Shown piece after piece: positions 45,160 through 55,431 of a DNA stretch of 64,000 nucleotides; position 1 is the stretch's first letter, and the number at the start of each line of letters is the position of its first letter. The position numbers were made by a program, and so were the translations under genes. Source of the DNA: a phage; NCBI GenBank assembly GCA_033664045.1, contig GCA_033664045.1_3674.1. One strand, 5' to 3'. A model generated the notes under the pieces. That model saw nothing but the letters and a program-made list of their open reading frames with translations. It ran no database searches and had not been told where the DNA came from.

Positions 45160-48100
45160 TGCCAATTGCAATGATTGATAACATCGTTGCTTCTGCAAGA
45201 TCTTCAAGTTATGACTGGAACGCATCCAAGGCAGCTCTGGCTGACAGCCTGAACACTGTTACCACCAGAACTCTGGATAAGATTTTTGAGGGCAACAAAT
45301 CTTACAGAAGTCAGCAAGATAGACAAAAGCTTCTCAGATCTTCTGCTGCACCTTGCTCTGTAGTGTATGGGAAGACACGCACATCCGGATTGCTTGCGTT
45401 TTTGGAGCAGGATAGAGACAGAACTCTCCACTGTGCTATTGTTCTTGCCAATCACCCTCTGGAAGGTATAGAAGATATACTTATCGACGGTAACCCTATT
45501 TCCTCGTATGGGGATTTGGTATCGTGGGAGCTACATAACGACAGAAAAACATCTGATCCTTTCATGGGGACACACTGCCCATCGTGGTCACCAGACATGA
45601 TAGGTAGAGGGATCAGTTGGCTACGTGCCAGTTTCAAGTTTGACCCTAACAAGTTTCCTTTTGGGTTGCCAAACGTTACACTCGTCAAGGTTGGTAAAAA
45701 ATGCTATGATCCTCGCATCAGTAAAGAGGTGTATACCAATAACGCTGCCTTGGTGATCTTAGACTATTTAAGAACGTACCTTAAATGTCCTGACGAAACC
45801 ATCAACTGGGAGTCCTTCAAGGAGGCTGCCAACATATGCGACGAGGCGGTAAAAAACGCTGACGGAACCAGTGAGCGACGTTACACCATTAACGGTGAGT
45901 TTGACATGGATGAGGTCCCCGCAAGTATTATGGCAGAAATGCTGAAAGCTTGCGGTGCAGACCTTAGTTATGTTGCTGGTAAGTATGGTTTGCTGGTTGG
46001 TGCATACTATGGTCCGGCAACAATGACATTGAGTGAGGACTGTGTCTGTGGTGAGGTTAAGATCTATCCGGAAGCCTCGTTTGACAAAAGATCCAACACA
46101 ATAACTGGCAGATTCACTAGTCCGACCAAAGGGTATTCTGAAACAGATTTTCCATCAGTGTTTGTCCCAGAGTGGATAGAGAAGGATGGAGAAAGAAAGA
46201 TAATCGATATAGACTACCGCTTTGTTACCAGTCCTTATCAAGCTCAACGTGTTTCTGCAATCTTCCTAAGACGTGCCAGAGCTGGCAGGATTATTGAAGT
46301 CACCTGCAATATGCGAGGTTTTAAATTTAAACCTGGTCGTTACGTTACAATGGACCTCCCAAGTATTGGTATAGTGGGCCAAGAAATGAGGGTTCTTGAA
46401 TGGGAGTTCACCAAAAAGGGCGGTGTCAAGGTAAAACTTCGTCAAGATGCTAAAGAGTGGAATGATGCCACAGGGCAACTTCCGGATTCTGGCGATGTAG
46501 ATATTCCGATATCTCCATCTGGTGTAGCTCAACCGCAAAACTTCAGATATTCCGTTCTCCAAGCTGGAGAAGTAACTCACGGTGTTTTGGCTTGGGACAA
46601 CGTTGGGACTTACGCTCAAAATATTGTGCAGGTAAGAAAGAACGGAGAGATTGTTTGGACAGCACAGACAGTTGAGCAGTTTGTCCGTGTTGAAGGCTTG
46701 ACCAAAGGGTCATACACAGCAACCGTGGTTGCAACATCCTATAAAGGTGGTGTATCTCCAGAAGCGTACTGTGAGTTTAACATTCAGGCACCTGAAGCTC
46801 CGGTTTCTGTAGAGGTTAAGCAAGGATACTTTGCTATCACCTTGATTCCGCATAGTAGGGATTTAGCAAGTGTTAGCACCCAGTATGACTTTTGGACATC
46901 TGGTATGACAAGGTTGCCAGACACCAGTGATGCAACCGTTACTTCAAACGCCACCCGTATGGGTGTTGGTTCAACTTGGACATCTGAAGGACTGCAGAAC
47001 GATAAGGTTTATTATTGGTATATTCGAACCACAAACGCTTTTGGTAGCTCTCAGTTTGTAGAATGCGCTGCACGCTGCTACACCTCTATAGAGGATTTGA
47101 TGCCTCAGATAGATGCCGAATTCAAAAAGACAGAAACTTATAAAGAGTTGATGAGCACTTTGGATTCCTCTATTGAAGAGGTTGAAAATCGTGTCACAGA
47201 ACTTAACAGGTACATGGAGGGTAGGGTAGATGAAGCGTTCCAGCAGCTTGGTGACAGAATAGGTGCGGTAGTTACAGAAACAACTCAGAAGTTTGAAGAT
47301 GTCAATGGTAACATTACAGCGCTGGATAGGAAACTTGTTGCTGCACAGAACAAATTCACCAACGACCTGAACACTGAAAGTGGCAGACTGGCATCTCTAA
47401 TCGAGACAACCAATAAAGCAACCACTGATCTTCTGAACAAAAAGACAGAGGCTTTAGATGAGAAATTGGTTGCCGCCAAAGGTGAGCTGGTAGAGCAGAT
47501 AGAGGGAGTTGAGAGCGGGTATTTAGCCGGAGATAAAACTCTGGATGGTAAGATCAATACTCAGAGAACAGAACTTGACGCAAGTATCTTGAGCACTAAC
47601 CAATCCACTGTAGATCTTTTGAACAGGACATCTGAAACTCTGGATCAAAAGATTAGTCAGACAAACGCGACGGTATCTAAAAACTATACCACCCTTGACG
47701 GCAAGATAACTACCGCAAAAACTGACCTCAACACCTTGATTGCCAATACCAACAAGGCCACCACTGACTTGCTGAATCAGAAAACATCTGCACTGTCAGA
47801 GCAGATAACTTCTGCACGTGGGGAGATTTCTACCAATAAGCAAGCGATTGATGCTTTGGATGGAAAACTGACCTCCACAAAAACAGCGCTGGATGCTACA
47901 ATTTCCGATACCAACAAAGCCACTGTGGACCTTATCAACGGCACAGCGTCAGCTATTCGTCAAGAACTTGCTGTTGCTAAGCAGGAGATCATGGATGATG
48001 TTGGGGATGTGTCTGAGATCAGGGCTGCAGTAGCTACAACATCTAAGGCTGTGACCGACTTAGAGGGTAAAGTAAATGCTCAATGGGGCACAAAAATACA

Positions 48101-48998
48101 GGTAGACTCCGCAGGGAATAAATATGTTGCAGGTATTCAGTTGGGGATGGAAGGGTCTGGAGGCCAAGTTCAATCCTACTTCATGGTTAGTGCAAACAAT
48201 TTTGCGGTATACAACCCTGGCAATGGAACAGCAACCCTTGCTTTCGCAATCAAGAACAACCAAGCATTCTTGAAAGACGCTTTTATAGAGAATGGCACGA
48301 TCTCCTCTGCCAAGATCGCACAAGAAATCTCGTCAAACAACTACGATGGCAACGGGTACCATAAATACGGTTGGTATATTAACAAGAACGGGCACGCCCA
48401 ATTTATGGATGTGTGGGTGAAAGGCAACATCAACGCTAGTTCTGGTAACTTCACAGGGGCAGTTAACGCCACAAGTGGTACCTTCCGTGGGGATGTTTAT
48501 GCCAATAATGGTAGCTTTAGGGGCACCATAGATGCAACCGGAGGTACCTTCCGTGGTCGTGTGGAAGCTTCTGTTATCCGCGCTAACCAGTTCGAAGGTG
48601 CAATTGTTGCACACAGAACTTACGGGGATTGTGCTCCAGTATATAACTCCCAGCAAAGGGTTTGCCGTTGGAGGTGGAGATACGTAGATAACGTTTCAGG
48701 TCAGGGTAAGAACGTAACATTCTTCTTTAAACTGAATGGTACTCTTGCCAGCTCCCAACTGAATGCATGGATAGCTGGTCATCAGATCCTTGCTGGCAAG
48801 AAGTATTTTAACGACAACAACGGTATGTGTGCGGTAGGGATAACAGGTCTGGGTGAACAAACTATAGATATTGTTATCGAGATCTACACACCATGGTCAA
48901 CGTCTTCTGTAACAGGGGTCGCAATATCCTGTCCTACTGTTGTGGTAAGCCGTTCTAACTCAAGCTTCCAGGGACCTTGGAACGAGTCTCACGACTAA
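45159..48998 (+). CDS. large central fibre/host-specificity-like protein with coiled-coil repeat array and C-terminal beta-helix-like repeats
   Basis: 1279 aa; FN3-like segment; repeated T..NKATTDLLN.KT.AL motif across about 47.3-48.0 kb; C-terminal SGNFTGAVNATSGTFRGDVYANNGSFRGTIDATGGTFRG repeats. Confidence 0.55.
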   Translation: MPIAMIDNIVASARSSSYDWNASKAALADSLNTVTTRTLDKIFEGNKSYRSQQDRQKLLRSSAAPCSVVYGKTRTSGLLAFLEQDRDRTLHCAIVLANHPLEGIEDILIDGNPISSYGDLVSWELHNDRKTSDPFMGTHCPSWSPDMIGRGISWLRASFKFDPNKFPFGLPNVTLVKVGKKCYDPRISKEVYTNNAALVILDYLRTYLKCPDETINWESFKEAANICDEAVKNADGTSERRYTINGEFDMDEVPASIMAEMLKACGADLSYVAGKYGLLVGAYYGPATMTLSEDCVCGEVKIYPEASFDKRSNTITGRFTSPTKGYSETDFPSVFVPEWIEKDGERKIIDIDYRFVTSPYQAQRVSAIFLRRARAGRIIEVTCNMRGFKFKPGRYVTMDLPSIGIVGQEMRVLEWEFTKKGGVKVKLRQDAKEWNDATGQLPDSGDVDIPISPSGVAQPQNFRYSVLQAGEVTHGVLAWDNVGTYAQNIVQVRKNGEIVWTAQTVEQFVRVEGLTKGSYTATVVATSYKGGVSPEAYCEFNIQAPEAPVSVEVKQGYFAITLIPHSRDLASVSTQYDFWTSGMTRLPDTSDATVTSNATRMGVGSTWTSEGLQNDKVYYWYIRTTNAFGSSQFVECAARCYTSIEDLMPQIDAEFKKTETYKELMSTLDSSIEEVENRVTELNRYMEGRVDEAFQQLGDRIGAVVTETTQKFEDVNGNITALDRKLVAAQNKFTNDLNTESGRLASLIETTNKATTDLLNKKTEALDEKLVAAKGELVEQIEGVESGYLAGDKTLDGKINTQRTELDASILSTNQSTVDLLNRTSETLDQKISQTNATVSKNYTTLDGKITTAKTDLNTLIANTNKATTDLLNQKTSALSEQITSARGEISTNKQAIDALDGKLTSTKTALDATISDTNKATVDLINGTASAIRQELAVAKQEIMDDVGDVSEIRAAVATTSKAVTDLEGKVNAQWGTKIQVDSAGNKYVAGIQLGMEGSGGQVQSYFMVSANNFAVYNPGNGTATLAFAIKNNQAFLKDAFIENGTISSAKIAQEISSNNYDGNGYHKYGWYINKNGHAQFMDVWVKGNINASSGNFTGAVNATSGTFRGDVYANNGSFRGTIDATGGTFRGRVEASVIRANQFEGAIVAHRTYGDCAPVYNSQQRVCRWRWRYVDNVSGQGKNVTFFFKLNGTLASSQLNAWIAGHQILAGKKYFNDNNGMCAVGITGLGEQTIDIVIEIYTPWSTSSVTGVAISCPTVVVSRSNSSFQGPWNESHD

Positions 48999-49005
48999 CC
49001 TTTAA

Positions 49006-49032
49006 AGCCCCGCTTCGGCGGGGTTTATTTTT
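49006..49032 (+). terminator. rho-independent terminator
   Basis: GCCCCGC-ttcg-GCGGGG followed by TTTATTTTT. Confidence 0.75.
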
Positions 49033-49041
49033 ATGCTCAGA

Positions 49042-49070
49042 TTGACTATTGTTACAAAATTTGGTAAAAT
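49042..49070 (+). promoter_or_regulatory. sigma70-like promoter with extended -10
   Basis: TTGACT-17 nt-TAAAAT (TGGTAAAATAC). Confidence 0.55.
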
Positions 49071-49103
49071 ACCTTGTAGAGATTTTCATACCGGAGGAGT
49101 GAC

Positions 49104-50594
49104 GTGGCTAAGTATGGATTGACAGAGGCTGGTTTCGTTATACCAACCCTAAATGACCTAATCGTTGAAACTAAGCAAAGCCTGATCCGTGCTTTTGGCG
49201 AAAACTTCAACGTACAGAGTAACTCCGTTGCAGATAAGCTGACCACTATCTTCAACGAGCGAGAGTATCAACTTATTCTTATGGCAGCATCTGTATACGC
49301 ATCACAGACGCTGTATGGGGCAGAGGGTATTTACCTGGATGAGCTTCTTGGAAGACAGGGTATTTACCGAAGAGGCCGTTCTAAATCATCAGGTACCTGC
49401 CAGTTGACAATCAACACAACTGTGCCGTACAATATGATTTATGATTCCAAAACTTATACGCTGGACAGTGGCAACTTTGTTCTTAGCAACGATGTGCAAG
49501 TAGCAGGGAATCTTATTGCTCACAGAATAAATGCTCCAGACCTAAGGATTGGTAAATACAACTTTCAAATTACCAACCAGACAGATGGGAGTATCAAAAC
49601 AAAAAGTCTGGTTTTAACAGATAAGTCTCTGGACTCTTCTGATTTGCCAAGCTTTTACGGAGAGATTAAGCAATTCATTGTCGATAATACAACCCTGTTG
49701 AACGACGATTTGATTCAGATTGATATGTTGACAGGAACGTTGTGGATAGGGTACAATTCGAATCTTGATCAAGTTGGACTTAACAGTAGGGTAGATTTCA
49801 GAGTATCTCCGATTGTAGGGGAAAGAACTATCACACTGGATGTTATCGCTAACGAGGCTGGTGAGCTGTCAAGAGAGGCAGAAACCGTGACAACAATGTC
49901 ACCTACTCCCAGTGGATTTATCAAGCTTACCAACCGAGAAAGATTCAATGAGGGCAGGGATGTTGAGAAAGACTCAGAGTATCGCTTAAGAGCTTCCAGC
50001 ACAAAACAGTTAACATCTAAGGCTACTCGTCCTGCAATCCTTAGTGCTGTAAGCGAGGTGAAAGGTGTTGAGAAAGTGAGAGTGTTCTCCAACAACACCG
50101 ATAAAACTGATGCTAAAGGTATACCTCCTTACAAGTTCCAAGTGGTTGTGTTTGGTGGTGCAACGGAGGACATTTGCCAAGCACTTTACCAAACTATAGC
50201 CTGTACGAACAGGACTTATGGTAATATTTTCTACGATGTCACTACATCTGACGGTCAAACTGAAAGAATTTATTACTCCAAGGCAAATACCTACCGCCTA
50301 GATGTAAGAATTACCTATTCCGGAGCTGCTCTTTCCACAACCGAAAAAGATGCCATTGTAGAGGCTCTTTTGCAGGTTGTTAACGGACTGGATGTTGCAG
50401 ATACGTTGTACAATATCCAATTGGTCGGTGCTGCATCTGCTGCTGTGTCGATAGGCAGATTTAATAGACTGGTAATTCAAGTTAAACCCGTAGGAGCTTC
50501 TGATGAAGCTTATACTACAAACGATATTGTTGCGAACATGACCGAGGTGTTTGACCTCGACGAAAGTAATATAACTTTCCAACAAACTATTTAA
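49104..50594 (+). CDS. baseplate J-like protein
   Basis: N-terminal MAKYGLTEAGFVIPTLNDLI...AEGIYLDELLGRQGIYRRG and C-terminal YKFQVVVFGG pattern typical of baseplate J/gp6-like proteins; GTG start after GGAGGAG. Confidence 0.55.
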   Translation: MAKYGLTEAGFVIPTLNDLIVETKQSLIRAFGENFNVQSNSVADKLTTIFNEREYQLILMAASVYASQTLYGAEGIYLDELLGRQGIYRRGRSKSSGTCQLTINTTVPYNMIYDSKTYTLDSGNFVLSNDVQVAGNLIAHRINAPDLRIGKYNFQITNQTDGSIKTKSLVLTDKSLDSSDLPSFYGEIKQFIVDNTTLLNDDLIQIDMLTGTLWIGYNSNLDQVGLNSRVDFRVSPIVGERTITLDVIANEAGELSREAETVTTMSPTPSGFIKLTNRERFNEGRDVEKDSEYRLRASSTKQLTSKATRPAILSAVSEVKGVEKVRVFSNNTDKTDAKGIPPYKFQVVVFGGATEDICQALYQTIACTNRTYGNIFYDVTTSDGQTERIYYSKANTYRLDVRITYSGAALSTTEKDAIVEALLQVVNGLDVADTLYNIQLVGAASAAVSIGRFNRLVIQVKPVGASDEAYTTNDIVANMTEVFDLDESNITFQQTI

Positions 50595-50605
50595 GGCGGC
50601 GAGAT

Positions 50606-51292
50606 ATGGCAGAGATTAAGTCGGATGTTAACCACATCCACACTCTGCCAGATTTTGTTCAGGGAGGTCTTGACTACCTGCCTGGAGATTTTCTGGCTGA
50701 GAAGGTTAATTTAGTCACATTCTTAACCGTATACCTTAAAAGGTTGGAGGATGTTGATAAGATGCTGGTAGGTTTGGCTGAAGGAAGATTGCTTAACAAT
50801 GCCAGCGGAAGATACCTTGACGAAGTTGGTAATCAACTTGGTATTCTTAGGAATGGACTTTCAGATGCTGATTTTCGTGCCACACTAATTATTCAGCAGG
50901 CCGCAGCATCAAGGGGCGGGACTCGCGAAGATGTCATCTCCACCTTGCGACAATTGTTCGGAAGAGACAATTTCGATACGTGGAAAGGAGACAACTTCAG
51001 GTTTGACATAAATATTAGAAAAACTTGCTTTGACATATTGCAGTCTATCGATCAGATCTTAGATATGCTGCCATTGCCTTGTCATTTGCGTCTTACAGAA
51101 TCGCAAGGGCAAGCTTTTGGTTTTGAAGGGGACTCTACAGCTCTTGGCTTCGGATCAGTGTGGGAAGAAAACCAATTCGGAGTTGGTGGGCTGGCTACTT
51201 TGCTATATGTTCCTGACGTAAGACCTGATTGGGACACCACAACCATTTATTGTGAAAGTATTACAGTAAACGCAACTAGACAGGAGGGTTAA
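50606..51292 (+). CDS. baseplate/tail fibre-proximal protein (gpI-like?), hypothetical
   Basis: Gene order after J-like protein. Confidence 0.35.
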   Translation: MAEIKSDVNHIHTLPDFVQGGLDYLPGDFLAEKVNLVTFLTVYLKRLEDVDKMLVGLAEGRLLNNASGRYLDEVGNQLGILRNGLSDADFRATLIIQQAAASRGGTREDVISTLRQLFGRDNFDTWKGDNFRFDINIRKTCFDILQSIDQILDMLPLPCHLRLTESQGQAFGFEGDSTALGFGSVWEENQFGVGGLATLLYVPDVRPDWDTTTIYCESITVNATRQEG

Positions 51293-53364
51293 TGGCAACA
51301 GCTGTTTTTAAACCTTACCGTGATTACTCTACAATGGCTGCACAGTTTCATTACCGAACAGTTCAGGATACTGCCGTTCCTGGTAGGGATTATAATCATG
51401 TTGAGGGCGATGTAACTATCCCAATTGGGGCAACCAGTATTGAAATCCCAGTGGAAATTGTTGACAAATTACCCAACAGGTTACCAAGAAGCTTCTTTAT
51501 GGAGTTTTCATCAAAATCTCAAGGGGTGATGATTGGGACACAAAGGGCAAAATGCACAATAGTTTCAGATGAGAATCTTGACAGGATATCTTGGGATACT
51601 GTTGAGGAGAGAATGTTTCACCCAAGATATTGGGTTACAACCACCCAGCAGACTGAAAGTACCTGTATTGTTGCAGATGACAACTGTTGTATTAACCGTT
51701 TAGTGTCAAGAACATATGGAGGTATGGCTGGGTGCATTTGGGAAACAGTTGACAAGTATGACCATTTCGGTATTGGGTTTGATGATCACTATGAGATGAG
51801 AAACACCAAGCTTTGGTTCAGAATGTCAATAACCAATGCCAGCAACTTCTCCACTCCTGAAAAGATGATTATGACTGTAGACCTTGTTGATGGCACAATC
51901 ATCTATGTTCCTTTAGCTCAATATGCTGTCAGCATCTCAGAGGATAAGAATGTTGCAGAGATTCATATTGATTTCGAGGACTGCGTCGGGATGGATCAGA
52001 ACAACAACATGATGGGTGTTGATCCTCGACAGGTGAGAAGGATTTTAATACCGCTTATGCCTAAAGATTGGGTAAGTAATAGCACAGACCCGAGAACGGA
52101 AAATGTAGAGTGCGAGTTGCGCTTAGACCTGCTTCAGCCAGACACAGGTTGGAAAATGATGCAACTTAACAATATTCAGGTTAAAGAGCACGACGTTGGG
52201 ATCTGCACCGCATATGACGATATGTGGAACGTATCTCCTTTAAGGGTGTTGAACAATATCAAGCGTCTGGGCTATACCGGAACCATAAACCATTATGTTG
52301 GTATGAGTCATTATTATGACTACACATGGTCAGGAACCCAATGGTCTATAAACAGAACAGGGGCGCTAAACGCTGCAGCTTATAAATGGCATGATGATTT
52401 TATGTACAATGCCAAACGACATAACTTCGACGTTATGCAGTCTGTAAGTTTTGAGCTTTACAGCGATGCCTGTCCGTTGGAATGGACCCAAAGAGACTGG
52501 AACGATAACTACGCTAAAACAGGGTATACACCTTGTAGCTACCTCCTGTCTCCAACCATTGAAGAGGGTATGAATTTCCTTACGGCAGTATTTAAGAATT
52601 TTGCATCAGCCGCTATGAGAAACAACCTGCCAGTGATTATGCAGATTGGTGAACCGTGGTGGTGGTTCAATACCGATACTCGTAAGCCTTGTATTTATGA
52701 TTACCCTACAAAACAGGCGTTTTATGATGAGACAGGCGAGTATGCATTAGATATTGGGACTATTGACGATCCTAAAACTGGCGGTGTTTACGACAAGTAT
52801 GTAGCATTTTGTCGTGGTAAGCTTGGCGCTCGTATTGCGGCTATTTCAAAGGCAATAAAAGCACACGCTGCATCAGCTCAGATGACAGCTTTGCTGTTTT
52901 TCCCAACCATTATGGAAACCGAGCTTACGCAAAAGCTGAACCTTGCTGACCAATATAAAAAGGAAGCAGGTGCTCTTGATTTCTTCTGCACTGAGTGCTA
53001 CGATTGGGTGATGCAGGGAGGTATTGAAAAGGCAAAAGAGTCTGTAAACATACCTATCGTTAAGTTAGGTTGGCAACCGTCTGAAATACAATACCTTGCA
53101 GGGTTCGTTCCTAGTAAAGAGCTTGCTCCGGTATATGGCTACGACCCAACCAGGAATTACCAAGAATTTTTATGGAGATGTATCTGCGGGAACATGGCAA
53201 CCATAGAGTATAGATACCCTGAGGTAAAACAGTATGTGTGGGCATACCCGCAAGTAATGTCTGACAGCATCACTGTTACCGCTAGGGATTCTACCGTGCT
53301 TCATATGGGGCAGGTTGCTCTGAAAGGGTATGTAGAAGATGTTGTCCCGCCAGACTTCTCATAA
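51292..53364 (+). CDS. virion protein with N-terminal Calx-beta-like domain
   Basis: HYRTVQDTAVPGRDYNHVEGDVTIPIGATSIEIPVEIVDKLP resembles Calx-beta; large cysteine/tryptophan-rich C-terminal domain of unknown function. Confidence 0.4.
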   Translation: MATAVFKPYRDYSTMAAQFHYRTVQDTAVPGRDYNHVEGDVTIPIGATSIEIPVEIVDKLPNRLPRSFFMEFSSKSQGVMIGTQRAKCTIVSDENLDRISWDTVEERMFHPRYWVTTTQQTESTCIVADDNCCINRLVSRTYGGMAGCIWETVDKYDHFGIGFDDHYEMRNTKLWFRMSITNASNFSTPEKMIMTVDLVDGTIIYVPLAQYAVSISEDKNVAEIHIDFEDCVGMDQNNNMMGVDPRQVRRILIPLMPKDWVSNSTDPRTENVECELRLDLLQPDTGWKMMQLNNIQVKEHDVGICTAYDDMWNVSPLRVLNNIKRLGYTGTINHYVGMSHYYDYTWSGTQWSINRTGALNAAAYKWHDDFMYNAKRHNFDVMQSVSFELYSDACPLEWTQRDWNDNYAKTGYTPCSYLLSPTIEEGMNFLTAVFKNFASAAMRNNLPVIMQIGEPWWWFNTDTRKPCIYDYPTKQAFYDETGEYALDIGTIDDPKTGGVYDKYVAFCRGKLGARIAAISKAIKAHAASAQMTALLFFPTIMETELTQKLNLADQYKKEAGALDFFCTECYDWVMQGGIEKAKESVNIPIVKLGWQPSEIQYLAGFVPSKELAPVYGYDPTRNYQEFLWRCICGNMATIEYRYPEVKQYVWAYPQVMSDSITVTARDSTVLHMGQVALKGYVEDVVPPDFS

Positions 53365-53376
53365 TCAGGAGATAAA

Positions 53377-54417
53377 ATGTCAAAACCTAGTTTTCCATTA
53401 GAGATTTGGGCAGAGGAGGATCAGGTTCTGCCTAACACCCACAGACAGAACAGGCTACGCCCGATTGATGATTTGTGGAGAAAAGGTTGGGATCTTGGTC
53501 AAAAGCCATCCTGTGAAGAACTTAACTATATTTTCAATATGCTCGGGACTTGGGCAAAATACATTGCTGACGAGCAGATCCCCGCTCAAGAAGGCCGCTA
53601 TCTGGTACGTGATAATAACTTGAGTGATCTTTTGAACATCCCTGTTGCCCGTAGAAACCTTGGAATTATTACTAAGGAAGAGGCAGACGCCAGGTATGTA
53701 AAAGTTACAGGTGATACAATGACAGGCCCATTGGGTTTGCAACGTATCAACTTTAAAGCTGCCGAGACAGATAAGGCTTGGATAGAGACAACTATTGGCC
53801 CAGATAAGACAACTCTCGACTTTGGGTTAAGTGATAATATTGGGGCGTTTGATGATGGTGGCACCTCTACAGTAGATGCGTTCCGTTGGAGATTTCAGCC
53901 AACTCAGCCGGACATTAACCCAGAGTTCACTTTGATGTATCTGAACGCAATCACGGCTAATCGTGCGTTGTTGAAAGTGGTGGGCAATGTTGAAGTTGTT
54001 GATAACATGCGATGTAATAACCTCACCATTAGCAGCACAGCAACATTCACCAACTGCAATGTAGCTAGTCAGTTGACGGCTGGGTCAGTATATGTCAATG
54101 GCGGTGCAAGTTGTGACAGTATGGTTGTAAGAAGCCAGCATTGTGTTGTCGGTAACAGAAATGTGGTGCGCTCTGTGAATGGAGTGACGGCTAACGGCAA
54201 CGGAGATGTAACGATCACCATCCCGCAGACAGGTGTACAGGATATCAGAATCGGCGCAAGACTTGTTGATGGTGTTTCTGAATCTCCAGTTCGCAACGGC
54301 TACGTTGTCACAGGTTGGCATTTTGGTGATAAAAAAGAGATGCGTGGTTCAACCTACTGGGCAGGGCCTTTACAGAAACTTGTAAATGGTCAATGGATCA
54401 CTGTTAATTATGCGTAG
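53377..54417 (+). CDS. tail fibre protein (paralog A)
   Basis: ARRNLGI and GDTMTGPLGLQRI fibre-repeat motifs; C-terminus LQKLVNGQWITVNYA shared with 55432 paralog. Confidence 0.7.
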   Translation: MSKPSFPLEIWAEEDQVLPNTHRQNRLRPIDDLWRKGWDLGQKPSCEELNYIFNMLGTWAKYIADEQIPAQEGRYLVRDNNLSDLLNIPVARRNLGIITKEEADARYVKVTGDTMTGPLGLQRINFKAAETDKAWIETTIGPDKTTLDFGLSDNIGAFDDGGTSTVDAFRWRFQPTQPDINPEFTLMYLNAITANRALLKVVGNVEVVDNMRCNNLTISSTATFTNCNVASQLTAGSVYVNGGASCDSMVVRSQHCVVGNRNVVRSVNGVTANGNGDVTITIPQTGVQDIRIGARLVDGVSESPVRNGYVVTGWHFGDKKEMRGSTYWAGPLQKLVNGQWITVNYA

Positions 54418-54431
54418 ATCGGAGGACTAGT

Positions 54432-55016
54432 ATGAAAATACTTCAAGAGTTTAAGCTTTACCAACCGGGATCTGGCGAATACCACGCCAACAAGGAAACC
54501 AAGGAGCTGACCCCTCAAGAGGTTGAGGATTACACTGCATACACCGGGTATTTTTTACGTAATGATGATGGCGATTGGTATGTGCAGTCACGAACATTAC
54601 GACAAGAAAATCCGGGTTGTATCTTCCTCCTTGTTGACGAGAAGGGTATTCTTAAGACATCTACAGAAGAACCTGATGCCTTGTGGCCTGCTCCGGGTCT
54701 TCGTGTGGTTATCGCCAAAAAAGAAGAGGTACCAGAAAACATTATGCTCCACCACGACGCTTTGCGTTTAGTTGGTGATGAATTTGTCACAGACAATGAA
54801 TTCTTTGTTCAACAGGCAGAGGGTGTCATAGAGACAGAACTTGCTTGGGCTACTGCTAGAATTGGTGCCTATCAAGACATGATTGACCTTGAATACGATC
54901 TTACTGATGACCAAAAACGCAACATCAGAGATTTGAAAATGTACAGGGTAAAACTTCTTGAAATAGATACATCTAAAGCCCCTGACATTTTCTTCCCGGA
55001 ACGACCTACCCTCTAA
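54432..55016 (+). CDS. tail fibre assembly protein (Tfa-like chaperone)
   Basis: C-terminal YRVKLLEIDTSKAPDIFFPERP matches the Tfa signature; immediately follows a fibre gene. Confidence 0.65.
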   Translation: MKILQEFKLYQPGSGEYHANKETKELTPQEVEDYTAYTGYFLRNDDGDWYVQSRTLRQENPGCIFLLVDEKGILKTSTEEPDALWPAPGLRVVIAKKEEVPENIMLHHDALRLVGDEFVTDNEFFVQQAEGVIETELAWATARIGAYQDMIDLEYDLTDDQKRNIRDLKMYRVKLLEIDTSKAPDIFFPERPTL

Positions 55017-55027
55017 GAGGAGGTGTT

Positions 55028-55342
55028 GTGGAGTTGGATTTGGCGGCATTGTACGGTATCTGCATGGGTACCGTTGTCCCGATCTGTGTATGGGCTTTCA
55101 ACCAGTGGCACACCAAATGGAAAGGCATTTCCAAGAGGTTGGATGAACTGGAGAAAGACCTCATCTTAGTGAAAAACAGTATGGTTACAAAAGATAAACT
55201 TGATTCCGTTATCGAGACCCGGTTAAGCAAGCTAGAGGCCGATATTAACGACCTTAAGCAGGATGTCAGGACAGATGTCTCCGGTATCCGAGCTGATGTA
55301 CAAAAGATTTTGCACATGCTTGTAGAGCATAGTAAAAGGTAA
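55028..55342 (+). CDS. small membrane/coiled-coil protein (candidate holin or antiholin, or fibre chaperone)
   Basis: N-terminal TM segment LAALYGICMGTVVPICVWAF followed by coiled-coil-like charged region. Confidence 0.3.
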   Translation: MELDLAALYGICMGTVVPICVWAFNQWHTKWKGISKRLDELEKDLILVKNSMVTKDKLDSVIETRLSKLEADINDLKQDVRTDVSGIRADVQKILHMLVEHSKR

Positions 55343-55431
55343 ACAAAGGTCAGAACGGAAAGGACTCCGTTCTTGCATTTTGTTCTCTAAAGTGTTAAAA
55401 TAGTCCTAAGGAATTTTCTCAGGAGAACGCG

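Noticed and set aside
43591-48998. Firm assignment of lambda M/L/K/I/J homologs
   Set aside because: Only the cysteine motif of the 145-aa protein and the general architecture of the 1279-aa protein support it. No I-like gene is present and baseplate J-type genes follow, so these are left as putative.
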